Source: an uncultured Syntrophomonas sp. (GTDB lineage: Bacteria; Bacillota; Syntrophomonadia; Syntrophomonadales; Syntrophomonadaceae). Taken from it: DNA of 64,000 nt. This document shows positions 37,652 through 48,450 of the stretch, piece after piece. The stretch is taken from NCBI GenBank assembly GCA_964574965.1, contig CAZNPR010000001.1:5656-69655 (forward strand), given 5' to 3'. The notes beneath the pieces are model-generated. The model worked only from the letters and a program-made list of their open reading frames with translations. It had not been told where the DNA came from and did no database searches. The translations under genes and the position numbers were made by a program. Each line of letters starts with the position of its first letter. Positions within the stretch are counted from its first letter, which is position 1.

Positions 37652-38500
37652 TCAGGCTGCTTTGTTTTTGATTTCATAAAGCAAGGGACTGGAAATAAAA
37701 ACGGATGTGTATGCCCCGACAACAAAACCTATCAGCATTGCCATCATAAAGAACTTTATAGTAGCTCCGCCAAACAGGAGCAAAGCTATTAAAGGCAAAA
37801 TGGTAGTCAGCACGGTATTGATAGTCCGATTCAAGGTCTGCATCACACTCTTATTGAGTAGTAGTTCAAAGGAATCTTTTCTTTTCATTCTTATATTTTC
37901 CCGGACACGGTCGAAAATAATAATCGTGTCATTAATGGTATAACCGATAATTGTGAGAACAGCAGCTATAAATGAACTGGAAATTTCCCATTGGAACAAA
38001 GAGAATATTCCTAATACGACCAGAACATTATGAAGGATCGCTAATACTGCAGCTACCCCATAAGCCCATTCAAATCTATAGGTAATATAGATCAGCATCA
38101 ATATTCCAGCAATAAGCAGTGACAGCAGTGCATTACGTGTAAGCTCATTACCGATCGTCGCGCCTACACTTTCAGCTCCTAAAAACTCAACCTTATCAAA
38201 ATTATCTTTTAGTGCTGCCATCAGTTCATTGGTTTGCTCCTGATTAAGTTCGCTGGTCCTGATATAAAAATCGCTGTCGCTTTTTTGAACTTCAGCTTTT
38301 TCCAGATCCACATCCGCCAATACTGCTCTGACATCAGCAGCATTTACTTGCGCCTTATCTTCTATTCGGACGTTTATTATCGATCCGCCCCTGTAGTCGA
38401 TTCCCAAATTCAGGCCTTGGGAGAACAGCGAAATAACACCAGGGATGATCAGAATTAATGAAATGATATAAAATATTTTACGTTTCTCAATTATTTGCAT
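37652..38500 (-). CDS. secF: Protein translocase subunit SecF
   Basis: GIDYRGGS motif and six TM segments. ATG at 38498-38500; the track ATG is at 38524. Confidence 0.92.
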   Translation of the reverse strand: MQIIEKRKIFYIISLILIIPGVISLFSQGLNLGIDYRGGSIINVRIEDKAQVNAADVRAVLADVDLEKAEVQKSDSDFYIRTSELNQEQTNELMAALKDNFDKVEFLGAESVGATIGNELTRNALLSLLIAGILMLIYITYRFEWAYGVAAVLAILHNVLVVLGIFSLFQWEISSSFIAAVLTIIGYTINDTIIIFDRVRENIRMKRKDSFELLLNKSVMQTLNRTINTVLTTILPLIALLLFGGATIKFFMMAMLIGFVVGAYTSVFISSPLLYEIKNKAA

Positions 38501-39722
38501 CTGCTGCACCCCCTGTAACCCCATATAGTTTAGGTTCCTTTGTTATATTAGAGAACAAGATCAGCATATACCGGGTAAAAGTCAATACCAGAAAAACACT
38601 GGCAACGATACCAATTGATAAAGTAACCGCAAAACCTTTGACTGGTCCGGTACCAAAATACATCAGTACTCCGGCTGCAATAAGTGTTGTCAGGTTTGAA
38701 TCAAAAATGGCCCAGAAGGCTCGTTTAAATCCTGCATCAATGGCAGCCCCCAAGGTTTTGCCAAAGCGGAGTTCCTCCTTGATCCTCTCATACGTCACAA
38801 CATTGGCATCAACTGCCATACCAACCGAAAGAGCCAGACCAGCTATACCCGGCAGAGTCAGAACTGCTCCCAAAATCGACATGGTACCTAATACTAGCAT
38901 CATATAAATTACCAGCGATAGATCAGCAATTAAACCTGGCAGACGATAATAACCCAGCATAAAAATCAGCACAGCAATAAGACCAATGATTCCTGCTTTG
39001 AGGCTTTTATCCAGCGAATCCGCACCCAAGGTAGGGCCAACTGATCTTTTTTCCATAACATTAAAAGAGACCGGCAGAGCACCGGAGCGAAGCTGTACTG
39101 CTAGGTTCTGCGCCTCTTCTGCGGTAAATTGCCCTTGAATTACAGCGTTTCCGTCCGTAATCGCCACCTTGACATTCGGGGCACTGATGACCTGCTTATC
39201 GATGACGATCAGTAATGGTTTGCCTATATTGGCTGCAGTAGCATCAGCAAAAAGCTGCGCTCCCTTTTTATCAAACTCCAGTAAGACTTCTGCATTTCCG
39301 GTACCGGACTGGTCCATACGAGCTTCCGCGTTTTCCAGATTTTCTCCGGTCACTAAAACATTCCCTTTTTCATCCTGGAATTCCAATTGGGCAACATTCT
39401 TTAAAATATCCACGGCTGCTTCCGGATCATCTTCACCAGCTATTTCAATAACGACTCTGTTTTTCCCCTGAGGATATAGAGTGGTTTCTTTTACGCCCAG
39501 ACTATCTACCCGGGTACGCAAAATACCTAAGGCTTTGGTAATCGTATCTTCAGTAATAGCTTTGCCTTCTGTCTCCTGGGCTTCAAGGACTACACGCAAG
39601 CCCCCCCTTAAATCCAGGCCAAGATTCATGCTTTTGGCAATCGGTTCGGTTGCGAAATACCCCAGTAAAACAATAGCTATGATGATTGCGATTACTGCCA
39701 TGATACTAGGTTGTCTTTGCAC
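38487..39722 (-). CDS. secD: Protein translocase subunit SecD
   Basis: LGLDLRGG motif, periplasmic domain, C-terminal six TM segments. GTG start 8 nt after AGGAGG. Confidence 0.92.
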   Translation of the reverse strand: MQRQPSIMAVIAIIIAIVLLGYFATEPIAKSMNLGLDLRGGLRVVLEAQETEGKAITEDTITKALGILRTRVDSLGVKETTLYPQGKNRVVIEIAGEDDPEAAVDILKNVAQLEFQDEKGNVLVTGENLENAEARMDQSGTGNAEVLLEFDKKGAQLFADATAANIGKPLLIVIDKQVISAPNVKVAITDGNAVIQGQFTAEEAQNLAVQLRSGALPVSFNVMEKRSVGPTLGADSLDKSLKAGIIGLIAVLIFMLGYYRLPGLIADLSLVIYMMLVLGTMSILGAVLTLPGIAGLALSVGMAVDANVVTYERIKEELRFGKTLGAAIDAGFKRAFWAIFDSNLTTLIAAGVLMYFGTGPVKGFAVTLSIGIVASVFLVLTFTRYMLILFSNITKEPKLYGVTGGAADANN

Positions 39723-39765
39723 TGATTGATCCTCCTTCCAACAATTAATCTATTATAATTATCTA

Positions 39766-40425
39766 TTATAAAAGCTTGACCCCATTGATCATCAGCTGAA
39801 ACTCACAGCCTAAAAATTTGGCCGCTCTGCTGCATAATAACATCCTGTGCAAAAATATTTCAAAATAGTCCATAACCGGGCAAATAGCAGTATCGATAGA
39901 AATTTCAAGCATGATTATTTTCTTTTCTTCATCGATATTAAGAATCGATGAATCCACGGCATAGTTTACGCGGTCATGGATATCAAAATTAGCGATATCC
40001 GGATTTCTCACGCGGTTACGATGAACATGGGACTTATCAGCCAGAATGAGGGCTGCTGCCACCTCACTGATGGGATGTCCGCTGCCTTCGTCATGATTCC
40101 CGATCGCTGCAGCGATGATCGCAATATCACTTACAGGCATGCCCATTCTTTTCAGGATCTCCATCGCGATCAGCGCCCCGCTTTGGCTATGGCCGCCGCG
40201 ATTGATCACATTCCCCAGATCATGCAAATAACCAGCGATTTCCGCCAAATCGCACAATTTTTTATCATAACCCAGTTTGTGAAGAATCTCAGCGGATAAT
40301 TGACTGACGATCGCCAGATGAACACGTCCGTGATCTGTAAACCCAATCATCTCCAAATGTTTATTACCCCTGACAATCAAATCGGTAATCAACTTATTGG
40401 ACTTGATCTCTGACAGGTTTACCAT
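39766..40425 (-). CDS. HD-domain phosphohydrolase
   Basis: H...HD pattern (GRVHLA, YLHDLG, GNHD), 219 aa. Confidence 0.75.
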   Translation of the reverse strand: MVNLSEIKSNKLITDLIVRGNKHLEMIGFTDHGRVHLAIVSQLSAEILHKLGYDKKLCDLAEIAGYLHDLGNVINRGGHSQSGALIAMEILKRMGMPVSDIAIIAAAIGNHDEGSGHPISEVAAALILADKSHVHRNRVRNPDIANFDIHDRVNYAVDSSILNIDEEKKIIMLEISIDTAICPVMDYFEIFLHRMLLCSRAAKFLGCEFQLMINGVKLL

Positions 40426-40694
40426 TAATCTTCTTTGACCTCATAGGCAATTGCCTTTTTGATAAACTCTATTTCAGTATTCTCACTGACTTTCAAAACA
40501 ATAGTATCATCTTTTACCCGCACGACCTCACCGTGTATCCCCCCAATGGTAACAACTTTCATCCCTCGATTCAATTCCGCCAAAAAATTACCATGCTGTT
40601 TCTCCTGCTTTTTCCGCGGCATAATGATGAAAGCATAAAAAATGGCAATAAATACTCCAAAATAGAGCAACAGTGTTATCCAATCATTCCCCAT
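40425..40694 (-). CDS. yajC: Preprotein translocase subunit YajC
   Basis: 89 aa with a single TM, then the GMKVVTIGGIHGEVVRVKDD motif. Confidence 0.9.
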   Translation of the reverse strand: MGNDWITLLLYFGVFIAIFYAFIIMPRKKQEKQHGNFLAELNRGMKVVTIGGIHGEVVRVKDDTIVLKVSENTEIEFIKKAIAYEVKED

Positions 40695-40762
40695 TCTTTC
40701 ACAACTCCTTATTTTTGTTTAACTTTATTTAGTTTCTCTATTGGCCTGCAAAATCCTTTTTA

Positions 40763-41869
<1,107 letters not shown>

Positions 41870-41900
41870 TTAAAAAAGACCTCCTGCTGTGCCTCATCTC

Positions 41901-42950
41901 TTATTTAATAAACATGGCATCCCCATAACTGAAGAATCGATAACGCTGATCCACCGCATGCCGGTATGCTGTCATGGTATTATTCTGTCCGGCAAAGGCT
42001 GAAACCAGCATAATAAGTGAGGATCTCGGCAGATGGAAATTGGTAATCAGCCCATCTATGGCTTTAAAAATATAGCCTGGGTAAATAAATTTATCTGTTT
42101 CACCGCTGGCGGCAGAAAAACCACAATCTTCATTATATACTGTTTCAAGGGTTCTTACCACCGTTGTTCCAACGGCTATGATTTTCTTGTGGTTCCTTCT
42201 AGTTTGATTCAGCAAATCGGCTGCTTGCTGGTCGAACTCATATACTTCGAAGTGCATTTTATGGTCCCTGATATCTTGCGTTTTCACCGGCCGGAAGGTA
42301 CCGATCCCTACATGCAGAACCAGGTATACGATATGGACGCCTTTACTCATCAATTGATCCATCAGTTGGCTGGAAAAATGCAAGCCAGCTGTTGGTGCGG
42401 CGACCGAACCATCATCTTTTGCGTATACAGTCTGGTAACATTCCTGATCCATTGTTTCATCCGGCCGGTCGATATAAGGCGGTAATGGGATGTGTCCTTG
42501 GCGACACAAAAACTCATTTTCGTCCTTACAATTACTGATTCTTACCAGTCTTCCACCGGCTGTTTCAGTTTCCTCCAGAATCTCAATATATTCATCAGCA
42601 GATTCAAATCTTACAATCTGACCCGGCGGAAGTCTGCGGGCAGGCTTCACTAAAGCTTCCCAATGCCCGCCTCTTTTCCTCAGCAAGAAGATCTCTGCCT
42701 TGGCTCCTGAATCCTTAAATCCAACCAACCGCGCCGGTATGACCCGGGTTTTGTTCAGGACCAGAGTATCTCCAGTTTCCAAATACTGAATAAGGTCCGA
42801 AAACGCTTGATCTTCTATGCCGCCATTGCTTCGGTCCAACACCAATAACCGGGAAGAATCCCGCGGAGTAACCGGGTATTGGGCGATCAGTTCGGCAGGG
42901 AGGTCATAAGAATAGCTGTCTATGTCATAAATTCTTTGGTCATCCGACAT
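41901..42950 (-). CDS. queA: tRNA preQ1(34) S-adenosylmethionine ribosyltransferase-isomerase
   Basis: YDLPAELIAQYP, PLPPYI and AAPTAGLHF motifs. Confidence 0.93.
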   Translation of the reverse strand: MSDDQRIYDIDSYSYDLPAELIAQYPVTPRDSSRLLVLDRSNGGIEDQAFSDLIQYLETGDTLVLNKTRVIPARLVGFKDSGAKAEIFLLRKRGGHWEALVKPARRLPPGQIVRFESADEYIEILEETETAGGRLVRISNCKDENEFLCRQGHIPLPPYIDRPDETMDQECYQTVYAKDDGSVAAPTAGLHFSSQLMDQLMSKGVHIVYLVLHVGIGTFRPVKTQDIRDHKMHFEVYEFDQQAADLLNQTRRNHKKIIAVGTTVVRTLETVYNEDCGFSAASGETDKFIYPGYIFKAIDGLITNFHLPRSSLIMLVSAFAGQNNTMTAYRHAVDQRYRFFSYGDAMFIK

Positions 42951-42953
42951 GTT

Positions 42954-43178
42954 TTATCTCCTGCTGATGTAATTGAAAACTATAGTCAATATGATACTGA
43001 AAATAATAGCGGTGGTGAGGGGAAAATAAAAGGTGTAATTTTCTTTTTGGATCAGGATATCCCCCGGTAATCTAAAACCATGAAAACCATATTTCGAAAA
43101 AAGCAGCATAACAGCGCCAAGTATGGTCAATAAAAGCCCCAGTCCAAAAACTATTTTGGCAAGTCCGCTATATTGCAT
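42954..43178 (-). CDS. DUF2905 small membrane protein
   Basis: 74 aa, two TM segments flanking the RLPGDI motif. Confidence 0.75.
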   Translation of the reverse strand: MQYSGLAKIVFGLGLLLTILGAVMLLFSKYGFHGFRLPGDILIQKENYTFYFPLTTAIIFSIILTIVFNYISRR

Positions 43179-43735
43179 AAGTTCTTAACCTTTCCTTGGT
43201 TTTCTTTAGGCCTGTAGCGTTCAAATTCACTGAATAAACAGCCACAGTACTGCTGACGGTATAATTCCATTTCTTTGGCTCTGACGCCAGTTTCACGGAA
43301 ACCCTCCCGAAAGTCAAAATAAAGGAAAGGCACTTCATACTTGGCCGCCATTGCTTCTGCAGCCCCAATGATCATTTCATGCTTCTGATATTTGCTGACC
43401 AGCAAAGTAGTCGTAAAGTAATCGAATTTCCCCTTTCTGGCATAGCGGGCTGTCTGCTCCAGCCTCATGGTGTAACAATAGAAACAGCGATTACTTTCCC
43501 TAAAAGAAACGTTTTGAAAATAGCTGGCCGGATCATAGTCATTTTCATAAATGACACTTAAATCCGATATCTCAGCAAACTTCTGCAGGCTTGCTTTTCT
43601 GTTAGTATATTCAGTAAAGGGATGAATATTAGGGTTACAAAAAAACCCGGTAACCTGGTACCCTTTTTCCCGCAAAACCGGAACCGGATAGGTAGCACAA
43701 GGGCCACAACAAATATGCAGCAACACTTTGCTCAT
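43151..43735 (-). CDS. queH: Epoxyqueuosine reductase QueH (DUF208)
   Basis: LLHICCGPCATYPV N-terminal Cys cluster and the C-terminal YCGC motif. Confidence 0.85.
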   Translation of the reverse strand: MSKVLLHICCGPCATYPVPVLREKGYQVTGFFCNPNIHPFTEYTNRKASLQKFAEISDLSVIYENDYDPASYFQNVSFRESNRCFYCYTMRLEQTARYARKGKFDYFTTTLLVSKYQKHEMIIGAAEAMAAKYEVPFLYFDFREGFRETGVRAKEMELYRQQYCGCLFSEFERYRPKENQGKVKNLCNIADLPK

Positions 43736-43788
43736 CTCAATTTCTCACCCCGCTTTATTCATGTGGATATTTTTATCTATAAGTTTGC

Positions 43789-44820
43789 TTATTGTTTAAA
43801 ATTCAAGTCTGGCTGTGCGGTGCCAGCAACCGTATAACCCAGATGTTTATATGCTCTTTCCGTGGCGATCCTACCCCGGGGTGTTTTTTGGATCATACCC
43901 ATTTTCAATAAATACGGCTCATAAACATCACTGATGGTATCCGTTTCCTCTGATACTGAAGCGGCTAGTGTTTCAAGTCCTACCGGCCCTCCGGCAAATT
44001 TTCCAATTATTGATTCCAGGATCAGTACATCCAGATTGTCGAGGCCCAAATGATCGATTTCCATCATTTCCAGAGCCAGTAACGCCAGATCCTCATCAAT
44101 TTTCCCCGGCCCCTTGATCAATGCATAATCTGCCACCCGGCGCAGCAATCTGTTTGCCACCCTGGGGGTGCCGCGGCTGCGACGAGCAATTTCATAAGCT
44201 CCCTGGGTGTCGATTCCAATTTTTAATATTCGGGCAGCCCGGTTGATGATGGTTGCCAACTCTTCAATACCATAGAAATCAAGCCGGCAGTTAATGCCAA
44301 AACGGTCTCTTAAAGGAGAACTCAGCAAACCAGGGCGGGTAGTAGCCCCGATCAATGTAAAAGGAGGAAGGTCGAGCCGCAGGGTTCGGGCAGCCGGTCC
44401 TTTCCCGATCACAATATCGATCACGAAGTCTTCCATAGCGGGATACATGATTTCTTCCACACTTCTGTTCAAGCGATGGATCTCATCAATAAATAAGATC
44501 TCCCCCGGTTCCAGATTGGTCATTATCGCTGCCAGATCTCCCGGCCTTTCGATGGCAGGGCCTGACGTTTTCCGGATAGGTTTTCCAATTTCGTTGGCCA
44601 CGATGTTAGCCAGGGTCGTTTTTCCCAGTCCAGGCGGTCCGCTTAACAAAACATGATCAAGACTTTCCGCTCTTTCCCGGGCAGCAGCAATAAATATGGC
44701 GATGTTTTCCTTAACTTTATCCTGCCCTATGTAATCGGTGAGATTAATCGGCCTTATAGTTATATCAAGATTCTCTTCATCTGTTAAAGCTTGTCCCGAA
44801 ATGACCCTATTATCCTGCAA
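43789..44820 (-). CDS. ruvB: Holliday junction branch migration helicase RuvB
   Basis: GPPGLGKTT Walker [19 protein letters not shown]. Confidence 0.95.
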   Translation of the reverse strand: MQDNRVISGQALTDEENLDITIRPINLTDYIGQDKVKENIAIFIAAARERAESLDHVLLSGPPGLGKTTLANIVANEIGKPIRKTSGPAIERPGDLAAIMTNLEPGEILFIDEIHRLNRSVEEIMYPAMEDFVIDIVIGKGPAARTLRLDLPPFTLIGATTRPGLLSSPLRDRFGINCRLDFYGIEELATIINRAARILKIGIDTQGAYEIARRSRGTPRVANRLLRRVADYALIKGPGKIDEDLALLALEMMEIDHLGLDNLDVLILESIIGKFAGGPVGLETLAASVSEETDTISDVYEPYLLKMGMIQKTPRGRIATERAYKHLGYTVAGTAQPDLNFKQ

Positions 44821-44825
44821 ATTCT

Positions 44826-45413
44826 TTACCTCCTGCTCAGAATTTGTAAAACCAATTTTATATTTTCCTCCGTAGTACCATGAAGCCGGTTGTTTTTCTG
44901 TAAATCAGAAACGACTGGTATGATCTCATTTCTCTTAAATCCCATCACTTCCAGTGCTTCAATTACATCTCCCAGTTGTGGTGCTCCTGCTTCCACATCA
45001 GCCCTAAAAGTATCTCCCAGTTTATCTTTTAGTTCAAAGATCAGACGCTGGGCAGTTTTTTTCCCGATCCCAGGGATAGCTGTTAGGGTTTTCTCATCCT
45101 GACTCAGCACCGCTGATAAAAATGTATCCGGTTTGACGGTGCCCAGAACATTCAAAGCATTGCGGGCTCCAATACCCGATACCCCAAGCAGTTTCTTAAA
45201 TAAATTCAATTCCGGATGATCTATGAAACCGTATAATTTGAACTCATTATCCAGCACTTGTAAATGGGTATAAAGTATGACAGATTCACCGATAGGCGGC
45301 AGCTCACTGATCAGGGAAGGGTAAATATTTACGATATAACAGATACCATTGCAATCCAGCCAAACATTATCATCGTTGATCTGAAACAATTTTCCTCTGA
45401 CAAAACCAATCAT
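44826..45413 (-). CDS. ruvA: Holliday junction DNA helicase subunit RuvA
   Basis: [10 protein letters not shown]-terminus and two HhH motifs ([22 protein letters not shown]). Confidence 0.93.
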   Translation of the reverse strand: MIGFVRGKLFQINDDNVWLDCNGICYIVNIYPSLISELPPIGESVILYTHLQVLDNEFKLYGFIDHPELNLFKKLLGVSGIGARNALNVLGTVKPDTFLSAVLSQDEKTLTAIPGIGKKTAQRLIFELKDKLGDTFRADVEAGAPQLGDVIEALEVMGFKRNEIIPVVSDLQKNNRLHGTTEENIKLVLQILSRR

Positions 45414-45928
45414 TTTAAACCACCTTTATAGATTTTGGCCATCCGGCATGAATGGATATGACATATGGCAATGGCCAGTGCATCTGCGGCATCGTCAGGT
45501 TTAGGCAGTGTGTCCATATGTAAAATCGACTGGACCATTATTTGTACTTGTTTTTTATCCGCTTTTCCATACCCCACCACAGATTGTTTTACCTGCAATG
45601 GAGTATACTCAGCTATTTCCAGTCCGGCTTTGGCTGCGGTCATCATAATGACACCCCGGCTTTGCGCAACGGTTATGACCGTTTTGGCATTTTTAAAATA
45701 ATAAAGTTGCTCAATCGCTGCTACATCAGGTTTATAAGCGGTTATGATCTCGTTGATCTGATCACATATCTGGCACAAACGATCGGGCATTACTGCAGTG
45801 GCTTCAGTCTTAACAGTTCCGTAACGGATTAATTCAATATGGCTGTTAACTGCTTCTACCAGGCCAAATCCCGTAGTAGCTGTTCCCGGATCAATACCTA
45901 ATACTAACACCTTAAGACCTGCTTTCAT
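45410..45928 (-). CDS. ruvC: Crossover junction endodeoxyribonuclease RuvC
   Basis: VLGIDPGTATTG, EQLYYFKN and DAADALAIAICH motifs. Confidence 0.92.
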   Translation of the reverse strand: MKAGLKVLVLGIDPGTATTGFGLVEAVNSHIELIRYGTVKTEATAVMPDRLCQICDQINEIITAYKPDVAAIEQLYYFKNAKTVITVAQSRGVIMMTAAKAGLEIAEYTPLQVKQSVVGYGKADKKQVQIMVQSILHMDTLPKPDDAADALAIAICHIHSCRMAKIYKGGLK

Positions 45929-45984
45929 ATTAATCGATCAATAGATTAATCTTACTGTAAATTAGTCAAAATCTCTATATTTAG

Positions 45985-46020
45985 CCAAAATAAAATGGCA
46001 GAGAGCTTCTTCTCTGCCAT
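45985..46020 (-). terminator. Rho-independent terminator after bofC
   Basis: Minus strand ATGGCAGAGA-AGAAGC-TCTCTGCCAT followed by TTTTATTTT. Confidence 0.85.
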
Positions 46021-46040
46021 GAATATTACCAGTGTGTATT

Positions 46041-46613
46041 TTACAGATATTCATCCAAATTTTCTAAAGCATCATTTAAATGCTCCATATTCTCAAATTC
46101 ATACTCACCATTTTCTATTGCGTGTCTTATCTTCTCAGGAAGCGAATCGACCTTGATGTCGGTAACGCGCATCAGAACATCATGTTCACCATTCGGCCCT
46201 TGGTACACAGCGATCCTCCCCTTATATTCTTTCAGCCGGCATTTTTCTTTGTCAACCGTACACCAATCGTCTATTTTATGTTTTATGGACAAGGTATTGT
46301 GTTGATAAGATAGTTGGTAGCCGTTCTTCACAGTATACTGCTTTCTCAGTTCATCGACGCTTTTACCGATCAACGCACCTTGGTCGTCAAAAGGAGCAAT
46401 AATTATATGTCCGCACTTACTGAATTGTTGTTCATATATAACGCCATCGTCATATTTGATCGTATTGGCTTCCATATTTTGCACAACCGCTTTTTCAATG
46501 CTCTCTGCTTTTTTCAATTCAAGGCTACTGTAAATATTAGCCAAATAAGCTCCCAAGGCCAGGCTCAGCATTAAAAAAATGAGCAGGATGCCTGGAATCA
46601 GACGATTTTTCAC
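46041..46613 (-). CDS. bofC: BofC-like protein (bypass-of-forespore C domains)
   Basis: Signal/anchor, then a C-terminal VDSLPEKIRHAIENGEYEFENMEHLNDALENLDEY typical of the BofC C-domain. GTG at 46611-46613 lies 5 nt after AGAGGTGA. The track TTG is at 46631. Confidence 0.7.
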   Translation of the reverse strand: MKNRLIPGILLIFLMLSLALGAYLANIYSSLELKKAESIEKAVVQNMEANTIKYDDGVIYEQQFSKCGHIIIAPFDDQGALIGKSVDELRKQYTVKNGYQLSYQHNTLSIKHKIDDWCTVDKEKCRLKEYKGRIAVYQGPNGEHDVLMRVTDIKVDSLPEKIRHAIENGEYEFENMEHLNDALENLDEYL

Positions 46614-46831
46614 GCTTATCACCTCTGCCAATATTGTTGTCCAGAAGTGATAAATCTATACGATTGCTGCTATTTTTTGGCTAATTTTCATCTCGAAGCT
46701 TGATAAATCATTTTATTTGGGTTTTTAGCATTATTTACTGCATAAATTGCATTGCTTTTTATACAACTAGTATGTTATTAATAATGGTAGATAAGGTCAA
46801 AGTTATGTCAAATTTATTTGAATTTTCTTTC

Positions 46832-46845
46832 AATTGTTCACAATT
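46832..46845. promoter_or_regulatory. 14-bp perfect palindrome, candidate operator
   Basis: AATTGT-TC-ACAATT, 72 nt upstream of the ATG at 46918, in the 286-nt AT-rich divergent intergenic region. Confidence 0.35.
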
Positions 46846-46917
46846 TAATTTGTTTTCAATTCTTTATGTAAGTATGGATCACATTATATATTAGGAAGTT
46901 AAAAGGAGGTAATCAAA

Positions 46918-47628
46918 ATGGAAAAAACATTAGATGAAGTTTTGAGTGCATTAAATTCCGGGGTTTATAACATTTTCAATGTGGATTTAGCTTTTGAAGA
47001 GTATGAAAACAATGTCAATTTTGCTGCCCGCGAAGAGATAGTCGATATTGAATACTTTGACTGCGTGAGTATTCCAGTTTTCTCAGGTAATGACTACATT
47101 AGAGATGAAGGCAATATGGAGCCTGACTGGGAACTTTTTGCCAATGACATCGAAACCGGTAAAACTTTTTTCTGGGATTCTTATGATGATTTTATTTTAG
47201 CTGATCTGGCTGACACCAAGTTAGATTATGATACCGCCATCAGCTATAACCAATTGACAGGGAACAAAACTCTGGAAGAAACCCTGGCCGAATTTGAAAG
47301 TTGGGCAGGAACCCCGATGGACATCTTATCCTGCTATGGTGATTACGAATATGGTCACAATATATTTGAAGGTGACTTCGATATGGACGTCCCAGTAAGG
47401 ATTTATGCAAGTGATGAAGAAGTGATCGTTAAAGCCAATTTCCCGTGGATGAAGTCAAATAGCACGGAAAACATTTATCCTGATGAACTGAACTTAAAGA
47501 GTGTTTTGTCAATCCTACCCGTTAGAGTAAATTCCCGGGAAGTAAAAGCTAGTTTTGTCAATGGTGAATTTAAACTGGAGTTTCCCAAAGAACAAAAGAA
47601 TGTCCTGCAACAAAAAAACTATAAGTAA
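46918..47628 (+). CDS. Hypothetical highly acidic protein with Hsp20/ACD-like C-terminal motifs
   Basis: ATG lies 8 nt after AAAGGAGG. By my count 48 Asp+Glu versus 18 Lys+Arg in 236 aa. The C-terminal VRIYASDEEVIVKANFPWMK ... VKASFVNGEFKLEFPK resembles the first and last strands of alpha-crystallin domains. Confidence 0.65.
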   Translation: MEKTLDEVLSALNSGVYNIFNVDLAFEEYENNVNFAAREEIVDIEYFDCVSIPVFSGNDYIRDEGNMEPDWELFANDIETGKTFFWDSYDDFILADLADTKLDYDTAISYNQLTGNKTLEETLAEFESWAGTPMDILSCYGDYEYGHNIFEGDFDMDVPVRIYASDEEVIVKANFPWMKSNSTENIYPDELNLKSVLSILPVRVNSREVKASFVNGEFKLEFPKEQKNVLQQKNYK

Positions 47629-47632
47629 TAGT

Positions 47633-47669
47633 AAAAAAAGCGGAGTTCTTTTGAACTCCGCTTTTTTTA
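47633..47669. terminator. Bidirectional terminator between the orphan gene and the yebC-like gene
   Basis: AAAAAAAGCGGAGTTC-TTTT-GAACTCCGCTTTTTTT. Confidence 0.92.
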
Positions 47670-47675
47670 TTTTCA

Positions 47676-48431
47676 TTAAAGTTTTTCCATTATGGCATCA
47701 GAGATATTGGCATTGGAATAAACATTCTGAACATCATCATGATCTTCTAGAAAATCGATCAGTTTAATGATTTTGGCTGCAATCGCTTCATCATCTATAT
47801 TGACCGTATTATCTGCCAACATAATGATATCTGCCAATTCGATTTCTATCTTATCTGCTTCCAAAGCTTCCTTAACTTCCATCAGAACATCCGGCGCTGT
47901 AATGATCTCATATACATCTGTTTCAGATCTTACATCATCTGCTCCGGCTTCCAGGACTTGCATCATAAACTCGTCTTCATCCAGGATGATTTTTTCTTTA
48001 CTGACCTCGAGAAATCCAACCCGTTTGAACATCCAGCCTACGCATCCGGTTTCACCTAAGTTGCCGTTATTTTTTGCAAATAAATGTCTGACTTCAGAAG
48101 CTGTTCGGTTGCGATTGTCAGTCGCGATCTCCAATAAGACGGCAACTCCCCCGGGAGCATAACCCTCATAAATGATCTCTTCGTAGATATCGCCTTCGGA
48201 ATCTCCCAATCCTTTTTTAATGGCCCGGGAAATATTTTCATTGGGCATATTGATGGCCTTGGCTTTTTGAATAGCCAGTTTCAGCTTGGAGTTGGAATCC
48301 GGATCACCTGAATGGCCAGTACGTACAGCAATGGTTATATCTTTAGCGATTTTGGTAAATTCTTTGCCTCTTTTCTCATCTGAACGAGCCTTTTTATGTT
48401 TTATGTTGGCCCATTTTGAATGTCCTGACAT
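47676..48431 (-). CDS. YebC/PmpR family DNA-binding transcriptional regulator
   Basis: MSGHSKWANIKHKK N-terminus, diagnostic of the family. Confidence 0.92.
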   Translation of the reverse strand: MSGHSKWANIKHKKARSDEKRGKEFTKIAKDITIAVRTGHSGDPDSNSKLKLAIQKAKAINMPNENISRAIKKGLGDSEGDIYEEIIYEGYAPGGVAVLLEIATDNRNRTASEVRHLFAKNNGNLGETGCVGWMFKRVGFLEVSKEKIILDEDEFMMQVLEAGADDVRSETDVYEIITAPDVLMEVKEALEADKIEIELADIIMLADNTVNIDDEAIAAKIIKLIDFLEDHDDVQNVYSNANISDAIMEKL

Positions 48432-48450
48432 AATAACTCCTCCTTGTTAC

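Noticed and set aside
41870-43788. A preQ1 riboswitch near the queH, queA and tgt genes.
   Set aside because: The intergenic gaps (43736-43788 and 41870-41900) are 53 and 31 nt. They contain only SD sequences and no hairpin plus A-rich tail of the preQ1-I type.
46720-46850. A CIRCE heat-shock operator or Rex box upstream of the Hsp20-like gene.
   Set aside because: TTAGCATTATTTACTGCATAA does not match TTAGCACTC-N9-GAGTGCTAA. The palindrome contains one TTCACAA half-site but no TTGTGAA partner at Rex spacing.
46700-46894. A 64-aa ORF in the AT-rich region upstream of the acidic orphan gene, and similarly a 77-aa ORF at 55376..55609.
   Set aside because: Their AT-rich codon content gives Phe/Ile/Asn/Tyr-rich peptides. 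They have no SD and overlap promoter regions, so they are probably non-coding.
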